A stretch of 64,000 bases of DNA from Vampirovibrio chlorellavorus (lineage in GTDB: Bacteria; Cyanobacteriota; Vampirovibrionia; Vampirovibrionales; Vampirovibrionaceae). The stretch lies in NCBI GenBank assembly GCA_001858525.1, contig LAPX01000004.1, positions 460,894 to 524,893 of the forward strand, in the 5' to 3' direction. The translations under genes and the position numbers were made by a program. Positions within the stretch are counted from its first letter, which is position 1. Every line of letters starts with the position of its first letter. The notes under the pieces were generated by a model, which was not told where the DNA came from, searched no databases, and saw only the letters and a list, made by a program, of their open reading frames with translations. This document shows positions 30,439 through 41,615 of this stretch, in pieces.

Positions 30439-30624
30439 ATGGTCGTTCATTACGACGATTGTCCCGACTGTGGATTCTGGGATCTGGCTCCCAGGCAAAT
30501 TTTGGTAGGTTGTGTATCCCAAGGCACGTCCTCATCCCGAGAGTATCGGGAAATTCTGACCCTAAAATGCCAAAACTGCGGCTGGCTGGGGGAACAACCA
30601 CTTAAGAAGCACTGTGCAGTTTAA
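30439..30624 (+). CDS. Small zinc-ribbon protein (61 aa)
   Basis: CPDCG...CQNCG; SD-like AGGAAGG upstream. Confidence 0.55.
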   Translation: MVVHYDDCPDCGFWDLAPRQILVGCVSQGTSSSREYREILTLKCQNCGWLGEQPLKKHCAV

Positions 30625-31907
30625 ATGTCTTTCAACGCTTCAGAAATGACCCAACCTGCGCTCCAGCAGGCTTGAAAGTTAAAGCCGCCAGTCAAACCGT
30701 CTATATCCAGAATCTCTCCGCCAAAGTACAAACCCGGCACTCGCTTGCTTTGCAGGGTTTTGAAATCGACTTCTTTGAGGGCCACCCCGCCGCAACTCAC
30801 AAATTCTTCTTTGGAAGGGCTTTTGCCCGTGACCTGCAAGGGCAGTCGCTTCACGTTTTCCACCAGCCGATTCAGCGTTTTTTTGCCAATCAGTTCCGCT
30901 TTTTCTTCCAGATGGGCCCCGCTTTCTAGCAGCAAGGCTTGCCACAGCCGGTTGGGCAGCGCCGGGAATGAGATGTTTCCCAGTTTTTTCTTGCCGTCCG
31001 TGTGCATGAACCGCGCCTGAAGCGTATCCCGCAAAGCGTCTTCTGACTGGGTGGGCAGGCAATCCAGAGTGAGGGTTGCCTGATACCGGCTCTCAGCCAA
31101 GGCACGGGCCCCCCAGGCCGATAAGCGATAAATCAGCGGGCCGGATAAACCGGTGTGGGTAATCAGTACCGGGCCTTCCGCAGTAAAGGTTTCTGTTTTA
31201 TGGGTGCCTTTAACCACCAGCTTGCCCTTGGCCTGAGTCAGGGCAATGCCTTGCAGATCGGTCAGTACCGCATTATGAATCGTGAATGGAAACAGGGATG
31301 GCACCGGGGGCAGAATGGTATGGCCCAAGCCCTTCGCCAACTCCCACCCAATCGGGCTGTAGCCAGTGGCCAGCACGCACAAGTCAAACTGATCGACGGC
31401 CTGGGCGGTGCTGATTTCAAAGCCCGTATCAGTTTTCTGGATTCCTTCCACCCGGCTTTGGTTGTGAATACGAATGCCATGCCGTTTGGCCAAGGCATGA
31501 AACAACTCCAGCACTTCCCCAGAGCTATCCGATCGGGGGAACATGCGTCCGTCCGGCTCGGTTTTCATCTTTAAACCCCGTTGTTCAAACCACTTGACGG
31601 TGTCTTTGGGCTGAAAGCGTGCAAACAGGGATTTTAGCTCTCGTTGCCCACGGGGATAGAATTCCACCAGCCGGGTGGGGTCAAAACAGTGATGGGTCAG
31701 GTTGCAACGTCCTCCGCCCGAAATGCGCACCTTTTGCAGGGGCTTGTGTCCGGCTTCAAAAATGGTGATCTCCACCGCGGGATTCTTTTCGGCGGTATTA
31801 ATAGCCGCAAAAAAGCCAGCGGCCCCGCCACCGATGATGGCGATTCGTGGCCGGGATTCCCCGGTAGGGCTGGGCTTGGCATGGGCTGGATCTGGTGTTG
31901 CAGGCAT
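30621..31907 (-). CDS. HI0933/BaiN family flavoprotein
   Basis: [31 protein letters not shown]. Confidence 0.93.
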   Translation of the reverse strand: MPATPDPAHAKPSPTGESRPRIAIIGGGAAGFFAAINTAEKNPAVEITIFEAGHKPLQKVRISGGGRCNLTHHCFDPTRLVEFYPRGQRELKSLFARFQPKDTVKWFEQRGLKMKTEPDGRMFPRSDSSGEVLELFHALAKRHGIRIHNQSRVEGIQKTDTGFEISTAQAVDQFDLCVLATGYSPIGWELAKGLGHTILPPVPSLFPFTIHNAVLTDLQGIALTQAKGKLVVKGTHKTETFTAEGPVLITHTGLSGPLIYRLSAWGARALAESRYQATLTLDCLPTQSEDALRDTLQARFMHTDGKKKLGNISFPALPNRLWQALLLESGAHLEEKAELIGKKTLNRLVENVKRLPLQVTGKSPSKEEFVSCGGVALKEVDFKTLQSKRVPGLYFGGEILDIDGLTGGFNFQACWSAGWVISEALKDI

Positions 31908-31981
31908 GCACCCAGTATAATCAAAAAGCCCAATTTTTGCTGTCTGGTTTGCCTTGTTCACAGGGTTTAAAGGAGTCTCTC

Positions 31982-33148
31982 ATGTCGGAAACCACTCGTC
32001 CAAGCCATTTACCGGTGCCGCCCGTCACCCTGGAAACTTTGGCTTCTGTCACTCCTGGGGCCAGCTTAAAAGGTAACGGGGCCATTGCCATCACCAGTTT
32101 GGCCCATCCTAAAATGATGACGTCTCCAGATGAAGCGGTCCTGATTCTGGACGCCGGGGCTTTAAAATTATTGCCCCATAGTCCCATCCCCGTCAAAACC
32201 GCCGTGGTGGCCGCCGATATTGAAGTGCCTGACGGTCTGTTTGATGGTTATATTACGGTTAAGCGCCCTCGCTTTGCCCTGGCCACTCTGTTGACTGTTT
32301 TTGAAAAGCCTTTGCATGCCCATTCAGGCATTCATCCCACGGCGGTTATTGAAGCGTCGGCTCAGGTGCATCCGTCCGCTTCTGTGGGCGCTTTTGCTTA
32401 TGTGGGCGAAAAAGCCCAAGTGGGTGCGGGTTGCGTGTTGATGCCCCATGTCACCATTGGCGCTGAAGCGCGGCTGGGTGCGGGATGTGTTTTGCATTCC
32501 GGGGCTCGGGTGGGTGAGCGGGTGATGATGGGCCAGCGGGTGATTTTACAGCACAACGCCAGCATTGGGGCCGATGGCTTCAGTTATGTCACGCCGGAAC
32601 CGGGCAGCGTGGAAGCGGCCAAGTCCGGTGGTAAAGTGTCTGGGCAAAACACCGATGTCCTTCGTATCAACTCCATTGGCACCGTCATTCTGGAGGACGA
32701 TGTCGAAGTGGGGGCTTGTGCCACCATCGATCGCTCTAATCTGGGTGCTACTGTCATTAAGAAGGGTACCAAAATCGATAACCTGGTGATGATTGGCCAC
32801 AACAACGTGGTTGGTGAGAACTGCCTCATTGTTTCTCAGGTGGGTATTTCCGGCAGTTGCGAAATTGGCAACCGGGTGGTTATTGCCGGTCAGGCGGGTT
32901 TGGCCGATCACTTAAAAGTCGGCGATGACGCCATTATTATGGCCAAGTCCGGTGTGATGCGTGATATTGAACCCAAGGAAGTGGTGGTGGGTATTCCTGC
33001 GATGCCCCGTCGGGAAACCTTTCAGACCCTCATGTACATGGGCAAGCTGCGGGAATTGTTTCAGGAGGTTAAAAGCCTCAAGAAGCGCTTGAATGAGCTG
33101 GAAAGTCAGCAGCCGGAGTCCACTCAGCCTGCCAAGGTCGAGGTCTAG
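31982..33148 (+). CDS. lpxD: UDP-3-O-acylglucosamine N-acyltransferase
   Basis: Hexapeptide repeats, [19 protein letters not shown]. Confidence 0.95.
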   Translation: MSETTRPSHLPVPPVTLETLASVTPGASLKGNGAIAITSLAHPKMMTSPDEAVLILDAGALKLLPHSPIPVKTAVVAADIEVPDGLFDGYITVKRPRFALATLLTVFEKPLHAHSGIHPTAVIEASAQVHPSASVGAFAYVGEKAQVGAGCVLMPHVTIGAEARLGAGCVLHSGARVGERVMMGQRVILQHNASIGADGFSYVTPEPGSVEAAKSGGKVSGQNTDVLRINSIGTVILEDDVEVGACATIDRSNLGATVIKKGTKIDNLVMIGHNNVVGENCLIVSQVGISGSCEIGNRVVIAGQAGLADHLKVGDDAIIMAKSGVMRDIEPKEVVVGIPAMPRRETFQTLMYMGKLRELFQEVKSLKKRLNELESQQPESTQPAKVEV

Positions 33149-33150
33149 CG

Positions 33151-34008
33151 ATGTCCTCGGCCATCACTGCCCCCATTCACGTTTCTGGCATTGGGGTTAT
33201 TACCGGCAAGTCCGTGGATGTCAAAATTGAACCGGCCGATCCGGGCCATGGCATTGTGTTTTACCTCGATGGGGATGCTGCGGTTCCCGCGCTTCTGGAA
33301 TCGGTGGTGCAAACCGATCGGGGAGTTACGCTGGCCAGCCGGTACGGACAAGCGTTATCGTCAGTTTTGTCGCCTGTTCTATCAATAGTTGAACATTTTC
33401 TCTGTGCTGCCGCTTTGGCGGGATTGTCTGATTTGAAAGTGTCGGTCTCCGGTGCCCCGGAAATGCCCATTCTGGATGGCAGCGCCCAGGATTGGCTGAA
33501 GGTTTTTGCCGCTCATTTTGACTTGCGGCCTCCCGAACCCGCCATTGCCCTGAATCAGGCGGTTTTTTACCGCCATAACGACGAGATTGCCATTTATGCC
33601 GTGCCAGACACCCACTTTAAAATTAGCTACAGTGTGGATTTTGATCATCCTGATTTGAAAAGCCGCTGGGTGCGCTGGGATAGCGGCACGGATAACCCGG
33701 CCCTGATTGCCACCGCTTGCACGTTTGGCTATGTTAGTGAGCTACCCGCTTTGCAGTCAAGGGGCTTGGCCTTGGGGGCCAGTTTGGAAAACTCTCTGGG
33801 TCTGTTCGAGCAGGGTGGCTATAGCCGAACCCTTCGTCATGAAGACGAGCCCATTTATCACAAGGCTCTGGATCTCATTGGCGACCTCAGTCTGATGGGA
33901 ATCAATCCGTTGGCCATCAAGGCTCACGTGTTTGCCCTGAATGCCGGACACAGCAGCCACGTCCCCTTTGCTCGCCAATTGCGAAAGGCCTTGCGTTTGG
34001 TAGAGTAA
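33151..34008 (+). CDS. lpxC: UDP-3-O-acyl-GlcNAc deacetylase
   Basis: VEH, PILDGSA, HKALDLIGD, AGH. Confidence 0.93.
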   Translation: MSSAITAPIHVSGIGVITGKSVDVKIEPADPGHGIVFYLDGDAAVPALLESVVQTDRGVTLASRYGQALSSVLSPVLSIVEHFLCAAALAGLSDLKVSVSGAPEMPILDGSAQDWLKVFAAHFDLRPPEPAIALNQAVFYRHNDEIAIYAVPDTHFKISYSVDFDHPDLKSRWVRWDSGTDNPALIATACTFGYVSELPALQSRGLALGASLENSLGLFEQGGYSRTLRHEDEPIYHKALDLIGDLSLMGINPLAIKAHVFALNAGHSSHVPFARQLRKALRLVE

Positions 34009-34067
34009 TTGTACCGTTTCGTTTTCATTTGGGGGCGCTTTGGTTATAATGCTCCCTAAGTGACGAT

Positions 34068-34631
34068 ATGGAGCCTGTTTTTGACGTGGGAACCCCGGTG
34101 ATGATGGACAAACCAAACAATACTCAACCAAGCACTGAAATGACCGAGCAAGCTAAGCCCGCCAGCGATGCTGTGTTGCTTTCCCCTCAACGCATTCGCG
34201 ACATTATGAGCGTCCTGCCCCACCGCTACCCTTTTATTCTGGTGGATCGGGTTACTGAAATCGAGCCGGGTAAGCGGATTAAGGGTTATAAAAACGTAAC
34301 CATCAACGAACCGTTTTTCCAGGGGCATTTCCCCGGCGACCCCATTATGCCCGGTGTTTTACAACTGGAAGCATTGGCCCAGTTGGGCGTGTTATTGCTG
34401 AATACCGTTCCCGGCGCCCAAGGCAAACTGGCTGTTTTTGCCGGTATGAACGATGTGCGCTTCCGCCGCATGGTCATTCCGGGTGATCGGTTTGACATGG
34501 AGTGCGAAATCCTGAAGTTGCGCTTGCCCATTGGCAAAATGTCCTGCAAGGCGTATGTAGATGGGGAATTGGCCGTAGAAGCTGAAATTATTTGCTCTCT
34601 GGTGGATCGGGAGACCACGGCAACCGATTAA
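34068..34631 (+). CDS. fabZ: 3-hydroxyacyl-ACP dehydratase (true start may lie downstream)
   Basis: [30 protein letters not shown]. Confidence 0.96.
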   Translation: MEPVFDVGTPVMMDKPNNTQPSTEMTEQAKPASDAVLLSPQRIRDIMSVLPHRYPFILVDRVTEIEPGKRIKGYKNVTINEPFFQGHFPGDPIMPGVLQLEALAQLGVLLLNTVPGAQGKLAVFAGMNDVRFRRMVIPGDRFDMECEILKLRLPIGKMSCKAYVDGELAVEAEIICSLVDRETTATD

Positions 34632-34686
34632 CCGATTCCACGGACTGATTCAAAGATGACATTCGAAAAAGATCGAGGCTGACTGT

Positions 34687-35553
34687 ATGTTGATTCATCC
34701 TACCGCCATTATTGATCCCACCGCGCAACTGGGGGATCAGGTTCAGGTTGGCCCGTATGCCATTGTGGGGCCGCATTGCGTGGTAGGTGATCGCACCCGA
34801 TTGGATGCCCATGCTGTGTTGAAGAGCCACGTGAAGCTGGGAGAGGACTGTCAGGTCTCTTCTGGTGCCGTGTTGGGTGGCGATCCTCAGGACTTCAAGT
34901 TCAAAGGGGAGCCGACCTATGTGCGCATTGGCAATGGCAGTATCATTCGAGAATGTGTGACCGTGAACCGTTCCACCGGTGAAGGCAATGAAACGATTGT
35001 CGGGGAAAAAGCCCTGTTGATGGCTTATGCCCATGTGGCCCACAACTGTATTCTGGGTGATGAAGTGATTCTGGCCAACGCCGTGCAACTGGGCGGCCAC
35101 GTGGAAGTGGGCGATTTTGCTTTTCTGGGCGGCAGTTGCGCCGTGCATCAGTTTGTGAAAATTGGCAAATTGTCCATCATGGGGGGCTTAAGTGCCGCCC
35201 GCCAAGACTTGCCGCCGTTTGCCATGCTGGATGGACGCCCGGCCATGGTGGGGGGCTTGAATAAAATAGGCTTGAAGCGTCGGGGGTTTGATTTGGCTTC
35301 TCGTACTCGACTGAAACGGGCTTTCAAGATCATCTTTTTCTCACAGATGAATTACAAACAGGCCATTGAAGTCGTGCATGCCGAAATTGAAACCGATCCG
35401 CTCATTACCGAGCTGGTCAACTTTATTCAAAACTCCACCAAGGGCATTTATCGACCCTCTCGGTTGAGAGGCAATCGAGCCACCGCGCCTGGGAACATCG
35501 GCAATCTGGAAGACGCGGATGAAGCGGAATTCTTATCCGATTCCATGCTTTAG
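34687..35553 (+). CDS. lpxA: UDP-GlcNAc O-acyltransferase
   Basis: IHPTA, PQDFKF, HVAHNC, VHQF. Confidence 0.96.
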   Translation: MLIHPTAIIDPTAQLGDQVQVGPYAIVGPHCVVGDRTRLDAHAVLKSHVKLGEDCQVSSGAVLGGDPQDFKFKGEPTYVRIGNGSIIRECVTVNRSTGEGNETIVGEKALLMAYAHVAHNCILGDEVILANAVQLGGHVEVGDFAFLGGSCAVHQFVKIGKLSIMGGLSAARQDLPPFAMLDGRPAMVGGLNKIGLKRRGFDLASRTRLKRAFKIIFFSQMNYKQAIEVVHAEIETDPLITELVNFIQNSTKGIYRPSRLRGNRATAPGNIGNLEDADEAEFLSDSML

Positions 35554-35605
35554 ATGGCAGCCTCCCTTGAACAGCTTGCGTCATTGACTTCAGGAGAAAC
35601 GGCTT

Positions 35606-37027
35606 ATGCCCCAGCGTGAATTTAAGGCGGTTATCTTGGCAGCAGGCAAAGGGACTCGCCTGAAGAGTGAGTTGCCCAAGGTCCTGCATCCCCTGTTTGG
35701 CAAGCCCTTGCTGATGCGGGTGCTGGATACGCTGGGCGGACTTCAGGCGGCGGAAGCCTGCGTGATCATCGGCCATGGCCGGGAGCAGGTGACTCAGGCT
35801 TTAGCAGCTTATGAGGCCGATTACACCATTCAAACCGTGGTGCAGGAGCCCCAATTGGGCACCGGGCATGCCTTGTTACAGGTGCGCCAAAAGTTAGCCG
35901 ACTGGCAAAACTTTACGGGCGATGTGTTGATTCTCTCCGGGGATGTGCCTTTGCTGACCGTGGAGACCCTGGCCACACTGCTGGAAACCCATCAGGGCAC
36001 CCAGAATGACTTGACGGTGCTGGTGGCCACCATGGACAATCCCTTTGGCTACGGTCGAGTGATTACCGAGGGGCACACCGTGTTGCGGGTGGTGGAGCAA
36101 AAAGACGCCAGTGAGGCTGAAAAGCAGGTTCAAACCATTAACACCGGGGTTTATTGCCTGAATTGGGCCAAAATTTCCCCTCTATTGGAACAACTGTCCA
36201 GCGATAACGCCCAGGGCGAGTTTTATCTGACCGATGTGATTGCCTTGGCCGTGCAGGCTGGCTACCGGGTGGGCTTGTCCCATCTGGATGATCCGGATGA
36301 AGTGCTGGGGGTGAACGCGCGAACGGATCTGGCCCAATGCCATGCGGTGCTGAATGAGCGCACCCTGAACCGTCTGATGGCAGAGGGGGTCACAGTTTTA
36401 CATCCGGCTTCTACCTTTATTGCCCCGGAAGTGCGTATTGGGGCCGATTCCACGGTATTACCCGGCTGCTATTTGCAAGGGGATATTACTATTGGCAAAC
36501 GCTGCATGATTGGACCCCATACCACCATGAGCGGGGTGGTGGAGATTGCCGATGATGTCAAAATCCTGCAATCCGTGGTGCGGGACAGTCGTATTGGGGC
36601 CTTTACCAACGTAGGGCCCTTTGCCCAATTGCGGGATGGGGTGGAAATCAGTCACCACGTCAATATCGGCAACTTTGTGGAAGTGAAGAAAACCCGGATT
36701 GATCACCATACCAACGCCGCCCATCTGGCGTATCTGGGCGATGCGGAGCTGGGAACCGACGTTAATATCGGGGCAGGCACCATTACGGCCAACTACGACC
36801 CGGTGCGGGACATTAAAGAGCGCACCATCATTGCCGATGGGGCCAAGGTGGGTAGTAATTCCGTGTTGGTGGCCCCGGTCAGCGTGGGAGAAAATGCCAG
36901 CGTGGCCGCCGGATCAGTGATTACCAAAGACGTGAAGCCCTGGAATCTGGCCATTGCCCGAGGCCGCCAAGTGGAAATCAATGGCTGGGTCAAACGAGCC
37001 AAAGGCATTACCGAGGTCACTTCCTAG
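35606..37027 (+). CDS. glmU: Bifunctional GlmU
   Basis: LAAGKGTRLKS, QLGTGHA, GNFVEVK, GAGTITANYD. Confidence 0.97.
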   Translation: MPQREFKAVILAAGKGTRLKSELPKVLHPLFGKPLLMRVLDTLGGLQAAEACVIIGHGREQVTQALAAYEADYTIQTVVQEPQLGTGHALLQVRQKLADWQNFTGDVLILSGDVPLLTVETLATLLETHQGTQNDLTVLVATMDNPFGYGRVITEGHTVLRVVEQKDASEAEKQVQTINTGVYCLNWAKISPLLEQLSSDNAQGEFYLTDVIALAVQAGYRVGLSHLDDPDEVLGVNARTDLAQCHAVLNERTLNRLMAEGVTVLHPASTFIAPEVRIGADSTVLPGCYLQGDITIGKRCMIGPHTTMSGVVEIADDVKILQSVVRDSRIGAFTNVGPFAQLRDGVEISHHVNIGNFVEVKKTRIDHHTNAAHLAYLGDAELGTDVNIGAGTITANYDPVRDIKERTIIADGAKVGSNSVLVAPVSVGENASVAAGSVITKDVKPWNLAIARGRQVEINGWVKRAKGITEVTS

Positions 37028-37125
37028 CATTTACCTGTCCAAATGAATGACGCCCGTAATGCTGGCGTCCATGAATTGCTGGTAAGTTGGCTGAAGATAA
37101 CTTGTGAAGGCAGCCTTGCCTAATT

Positions 37126-37410
37126 TTATTGCGCTGAATGAGTCACTTTTTGGCACACTTCCTGGGTCAACCAGGGAAAAGCGGCTTTTTCACCAAAGCC
37201 AATACCAAATTCATTTAAAATGGAGAATTGCACCAGATCATCCAGCGGCAGTTCAGGAGGAATGGCGCTTTTCTGGTTAATGGTGGTGATATCACTCTCT
37301 GAGCTGATTAACATATCCTTAAATTCCGAATTCAGCCAAAGCAGAATGGCGTTGAGCCGTTGGGGGTCATACAGTTCCAATACTTGGGAAAGCTGAGGAT
37401 GGAGGGTCAT
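37126..37410 (-). CDS. Hypothetical protein
   Basis: 94-aa ORF filling the gap between operons, with an SD-like AGGA upstream. Confidence 0.55.
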   Translation of the reverse strand: MTLHPQLSQVLELYDPQRLNAILLWLNSEFKDMLISSESDITTINQKSAIPPELPLDDLVQFSILNEFGIGFGEKAAFPWLTQEVCQKVTHSAQ

Positions 37411-37508
37411 AGTGGTAGTCCTAAAAAATTCCCTTTGAACGGCTTTGCTAGTAACAACTATACTTATAAAAAGGGGCTTTCCCTTGAATTGATCCGGATA
37501 GGGCGTGT

Positions 37509-38873
37509 ATGGGCCAAAGTTTACAAAAATTCAAGGACTGTGTGTCCGCAATACCGGGCCAAACGCTGCGGGTTTTGCTGACCTTGGCTTTGGGCTGCTG
37601 TTTGGTCAATTGCGGTGGGGATGCCCAGTCTTCCAAAACCCGTATTCAGCTATCCACCTGGGGGAGTGCTCAGGAAGTTACCGTGCTGAAGACTCTGCTG
37701 AGGGATTTTGAGCGTGGCCATCCCAAAATACAGGTTCAATTGCTGCACATCCCCGAAAACTACTACCAAAAGCTGCACATTCTGGTGGCAGGGGATATGG
37801 CCCCGGATGTCATTTTTACCAACAGTCTTAGTTTCCCCATTTACGCCTCTCAAGGCATTTTTCGGGATTTGCGGCCGTATTTGGCTCCCAAAGCCACCGG
37901 CGCGTCTGATGGGGCATCGGAGGCGTTATCAGAGGCCCAGTTTTATCCCCAAGCTTTAAAGGCGTTCACCTGGCAGCCCGCCACGGGAAAGCCCGTTTTG
38001 GGGGCCTTACCGCGCGATATTTCCAATGTGGTGATCTTCTATAACCGGGATTTACTAACCCAGGCAGGACTTAGCGCCCCCCAGCCCGGTTGGAGTTGGG
38101 AGCAGTTTCGGGAAATGGCCGACCGCTTGACCGTGGATGTGAACAATGACGGCGATCCGGATCAGTTTGGCATCTCGTTTTACAGCACCCCGCCCTTGTT
38201 CTGGTTACCCTTTGTGTGGAGTGCCGGTGGGGACTTATTCAGCCCGGATTTGCGACAATTTACCCTGAATCAGCCGAAGGCGCTGGCGGGGCTGCGCTTT
38301 TACGCCGACTTGCGCAACAAGTGGCATGTGGCTCCCAAAAAGGTGGAAAGTGGTGGCGCCAGTATGAGCCAGTTATTTTTACAGCAAAAAGTGGCCATGC
38401 TGGTCAGTGGGCGGTGGAGTGTCCCTGTATTTCGGGAGCAGGCCAAGTTTCACTGGGACGTGGTGCCCTTGCCGGTCGGTCCCAGTGGGCAGTCCCGGGT
38501 GGGCATCGATGCGTCTGGCTATGCCATTTCCGCCAAAAGCAAGCACCCTGCGGAAAGCTTTGAATTGATTCGGTTTCTCCTCAGCAAAACGTCGGTGCGC
38601 ACGGTGACCGAAAGCGGCCTGATTGTTCCGTCCCGCCCGGATGTGGCCACCTCGGCGGCTTTTTTATCGCCGGATCAGGCGCCGGCACACGGGCAGGCGT
38701 TTTTGGATGTGATTCCACAGGGTGTTCCTACCCATACCCCGCCCCGCTGGAATGAAGTGGCTGAAGAACTGGGCTTGGCATTGGAGCCGGTCTGGGACGC
38801 GCAGCAAGATGCTGGAGAGGCCATGAATCAGGCCAAGCCTAAAATGGATGCGTTACTGGAGGTGAGCCCATGA
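37509..38873 (+). CDS. Sugar ABC transporter substrate-binding lipoprotein
   Basis: Lipobox-like LVNC, PDVI, FYNRDL, SGRW. Confidence 0.92.
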   Translation: MGQSLQKFKDCVSAIPGQTLRVLLTLALGCCLVNCGGDAQSSKTRIQLSTWGSAQEVTVLKTLLRDFERGHPKIQVQLLHIPENYYQKLHILVAGDMAPDVIFTNSLSFPIYASQGIFRDLRPYLAPKATGASDGASEALSEAQFYPQALKAFTWQPATGKPVLGALPRDISNVVIFYNRDLLTQAGLSAPQPGWSWEQFREMADRLTVDVNNDGDPDQFGISFYSTPPLFWLPFVWSAGGDLFSPDLRQFTLNQPKALAGLRFYADLRNKWHVAPKKVESGGASMSQLFLQQKVAMLVSGRWSVPVFREQAKFHWDVVPLPVGPSGQSRVGIDASGYAISAKSKHPAESFELIRFLLSKTSVRTVTESGLIVPSRPDVATSAAFLSPDQAPAHGQAFLDVIPQGVPTHTPPRWNEVAEELGLALEPVWDAQQDAGEAMNQAKPKMDALLEVSP

Positions 38874-39766
38874 AGGCGTATTCCAAGCAAGATATTCGTT
38901 GGGCCGGGTTGTTTTTGGCCCCCTGTTTGCTGGGCCTGCTCATTTTTACCTATCTCCCCATTCTGGCCTCGTTGGGCTTGAGTTTCTCCTACTGGAACCT
39001 GCTGGGCGTTCCTAAATTTGTGGGCTTACAGAATTACACGGCGGTGGTAAACGACCCCTTATTCTGGCGGTCATTCGGCACTACCTGGATCTTTGTGCTG
39101 GTGTCCGGAATTCTGGAGTTGGTGTTAAGCTTGTGGCTGGCCGTGTGGCTCAACCGGGCCATTCGGGGGCAGAGCTTCTTCCGGGCGGCTTACTTTCTGC
39201 CCTTTATTACCCCCATGGTCAGCGTTTCGCTGGTGTGGGGCTGGCTCTACGATCCCTCGTATGGGCTGTTTAACTGGCTGTTGCAGCAGGCTCACCTGAT
39301 CGATAAGTCCATTCCCTGGCTGTATGACCCCAAAACGGCTTTGTGGGCGGTCATGATTTTGCGGGTGTGGAAAGACATTGGCTACAACATGGTCATTTTT
39401 CTGGCCGGGTTGCAAACGGTTCCCCCGTCCTTGTACGAATCGGCTCATCTGGATGGGGCCACCGGCTGGCAAACCTTTTGGCGGGTGACCTTGCCCATGA
39501 TTACCCCCACCCTGTTTTTCGTGGGCATTATGACCCTGATTAACGGCTTTCAGGCCTTTGATTCGGTGTACCTGCTGACCCAGGGCGGGCCGGAGCACAG
39601 CACCGAGTTGCTGGTGTACTGGATGTTCAAAAACGCTTTCGAATTCTACAAAATTGGCCCAGCCTCAGCCATTGCCTACATTCTGTTTATGACCATTCTG
39701 GTCTTAACCCTGCTGCAATGGCAGTTGCGCAAACGTTGGGTCATGTACGAGGATGAAACCGCATGA
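38870..39766 (+). CDS. Carbohydrate ABC transporter permease
   Basis: EAA loop YESAHLDGA; TQGGP. Confidence 0.95.
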   Translation: MKAYSKQDIRWAGLFLAPCLLGLLIFTYLPILASLGLSFSYWNLLGVPKFVGLQNYTAVVNDPLFWRSFGTTWIFVLVSGILELVLSLWLAVWLNRAIRGQSFFRAAYFLPFITPMVSVSLVWGWLYDPSYGLFNWLLQQAHLIDKSIPWLYDPKTALWAVMILRVWKDIGYNMVIFLAGLQTVPPSLYESAHLDGATGWQTFWRVTLPMITPTLFFVGIMTLINGFQAFDSVYLLTQGGPEHSTELLVYWMFKNAFEFYKIGPASAIAYILFMTILVLTLLQWQLRKRWVMYEDETA

Positions 39767-40599
39767 TGATGGGGAGCGCTCGCTGGAAAAACGCCGCGAT
39801 ATTGCTGCTGATGGCCGCAGGGGCCGTGCTGATGCTGCTGCCCTTTTGGGTCATGGTCATTACGTCTTTGGTAGGGCCGGATGAAGTCTTTCAGATGCCC
39901 CCCCGGTTGTGGCCCCAGCACTGGCATTGGGAGAATTACGGGCGGCTGTTTCAGCAAGCCCCCATGGCCTTGTACTTCTTTAATAGCGTATTGGTCAGTG
40001 TGGTCACCACGGTGGGGCATGTCCTGTTTTCGGCCATGGCCGCTTATGCCTTCTCCCGCTTGCACTTCCCGCATAAGAATAAGCTGTTTTTCGTTTTTTT
40101 GATAACCATGATGGTGCCTCCCCAGGTCAACATTGTGCCCCTGTTCTTCCTGATGAAGACCTTTCATTGGCTGGATAGCTACGCCGCCCTGATTGTGCCG
40201 GGTTTGTTCGGGGCCTTTGGGGTGTTTATGCTGCGACAGTGGTTTAATGGTCTGCCCAAGGAGCTGGAAGAAGCCGCCCGAATGGATGGCTGCAACCCCT
40301 GGCAGATTTTCTGGAAAGTGGCTTTGCCCCTGGCTACCCCGGCGTTGGCCGCTCTGGCCATTTTTGTGTTCATTAACACCTGGAACAGCTTTATGTGGCC
40401 CTTGATTGTGACCAATTCCGAAAGTATGCGCACTTTACCAGTGGGCATTGCCACCCTGAAGGGCAGTTTTCGGGACACCACTGACTGGACAGTGCTGATG
40501 GCAGCGGCCACCTTGTCGATTCTGCCGGTAATTGGGGTTTTCCTGATTGGGCAAAAGCAGTTTATGCAAGGGCTGCTATCGGGTGGGGTGAAAGAATAA
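39763..40599 (+). CDS. Carbohydrate ABC transporter permease
   Basis: ELEEAARMDG, WNSFMWP. Confidence 0.95.
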   Translation: MMMGSARWKNAAILLLMAAGAVLMLLPFWVMVITSLVGPDEVFQMPPRLWPQHWHWENYGRLFQQAPMALYFFNSVLVSVVTTVGHVLFSAMAAYAFSRLHFPHKNKLFFVFLITMMVPPQVNIVPLFFLMKTFHWLDSYAALIVPGLFGAFGVFMLRQWFNGLPKELEEAARMDGCNPWQIFWKVALPLATPALAALAIFVFINTWNSFMWPLIVTNSESMRTLPVGIATLKGSFRDTTDWTVLMAAATLSILPVIGVFLIGQKQFMQGLLSGGVKE

Positions 40600-40607
40600 C
40601 AATATCG

Positions 40608-40850
40608 CTAGATGAACAGGGCGTGGCGTTCCAGGGCTTTGAGCGATTCATATGACAATCCGGCTTCCGAGAGTTCTTCCGGCTCAATGTGAAAGAGTTC
40701 AATCAGGCGCAAGGCTTGGGGATGGACTTCAGAGAGGGCCAATTGATCTTGCACCTGGGCAATGGCCTGATTTCGGCTCATACTCTGACCTTCCTGAAAC
40801 AGCCAGGGGGAAATCATTGATCGAATGCGTGTTTTTTGACTTTTTTTCAT
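40608..40850 (-). CDS. Hypothetical protein
   Basis: 80-aa ORF with protein-like composition (FHIEPEELSEAGLSYE). Confidence 0.55.
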   Translation of the reverse strand: MKKSQKTRIRSMISPWLFQEGQSMSRNQAIAQVQDQLALSEVHPQALRLIELFHIEPEELSEAGLSYESLKALERHALFI

Positions 40851-41151
40851 ACTCAGCACAACTCAATAAACGTCTGGGTTTGTTTCCCAGCGTCTCTTCA
40901 TCCACAAAACTACCGTGTATTCAGCATAGAGATCTCCTCAGGCGATCTCAAGCGGCAAATATACTACAATGGATCCAAGCAGGACGGAAAAAAGACAGTG
41001 GACAGCGGGATCAAGTAGGATCGATCTCATTGTTACCATTTAAACTTTTCTGTAGTTTCTTCAAGTATTATGAACAGGTACCCGTTGCGTGGTTTACATG
41101 GCTTGCAATGGACTCAAATTTAGTCGGTTGGAGCGGTGAGGATTTTCAGGT

Positions 41152-41544
41152 ATGGCAAAAGCGATTAACTGGCCGTTGGTGTTTCGGGAGGAAGTGATTG
41201 CCGAGGATTGCGACGCCTTGCGCTTGGCCTGCCGTTTGGGCAGCTTGTACTACGAGAATCGCTACTGGGTGCCGGATGAGGTGGTGGACATTCGGGTGAA
41301 CCACAAGAAGATCCGTAAGGCCAAAGTGGTGGGCGATTTGCGCCAGTGTACCCTGAACGATCTGACCGCTGATGATTTTCAGCGTTTAAAGTCCACGTTA
41401 AAAACGCCAGAAGCGTTGCGACAATTTTTATCCCAAACCTATGATCAGCCAGTCGACGCCGACACCCTGATCACGTTGGTGACCTATCAAAACTTGCCGG
41501 TGGTGCCGGAAGAAATCGAGGCGCAGGATGATCCCCATATTTAA
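41152..41544 (+). CDS. ASCH/PUA-like domain protein
   Basis: Pattern LNDLTADDF...EALRQFLSQTY...ITLVTY. Confidence 0.6.
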   Translation: MAKAINWPLVFREEVIAEDCDALRLACRLGSLYYENRYWVPDEVVDIRVNHKKIRKAKVVGDLRQCTLNDLTADDFQRLKSTLKTPEALRQFLSQTYDQPVDADTLITLVTYQNLPVVPEEIEAQDDPHI

Positions 41545-41615
41545 GCCGCCGCTAGTAAGCCGCCGCTAGCCCCATGAGGGCGAACGGCGGCGGGTAACTG
41601 GGGCTTCTGTGGCGG

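Noticed and set aside
41542-41569. 14-bp tandem duplication TAAGCCGCCGCTAG x2
   Set aside because: Only two copies at a convergent gene junction; probably slippage near a terminator.
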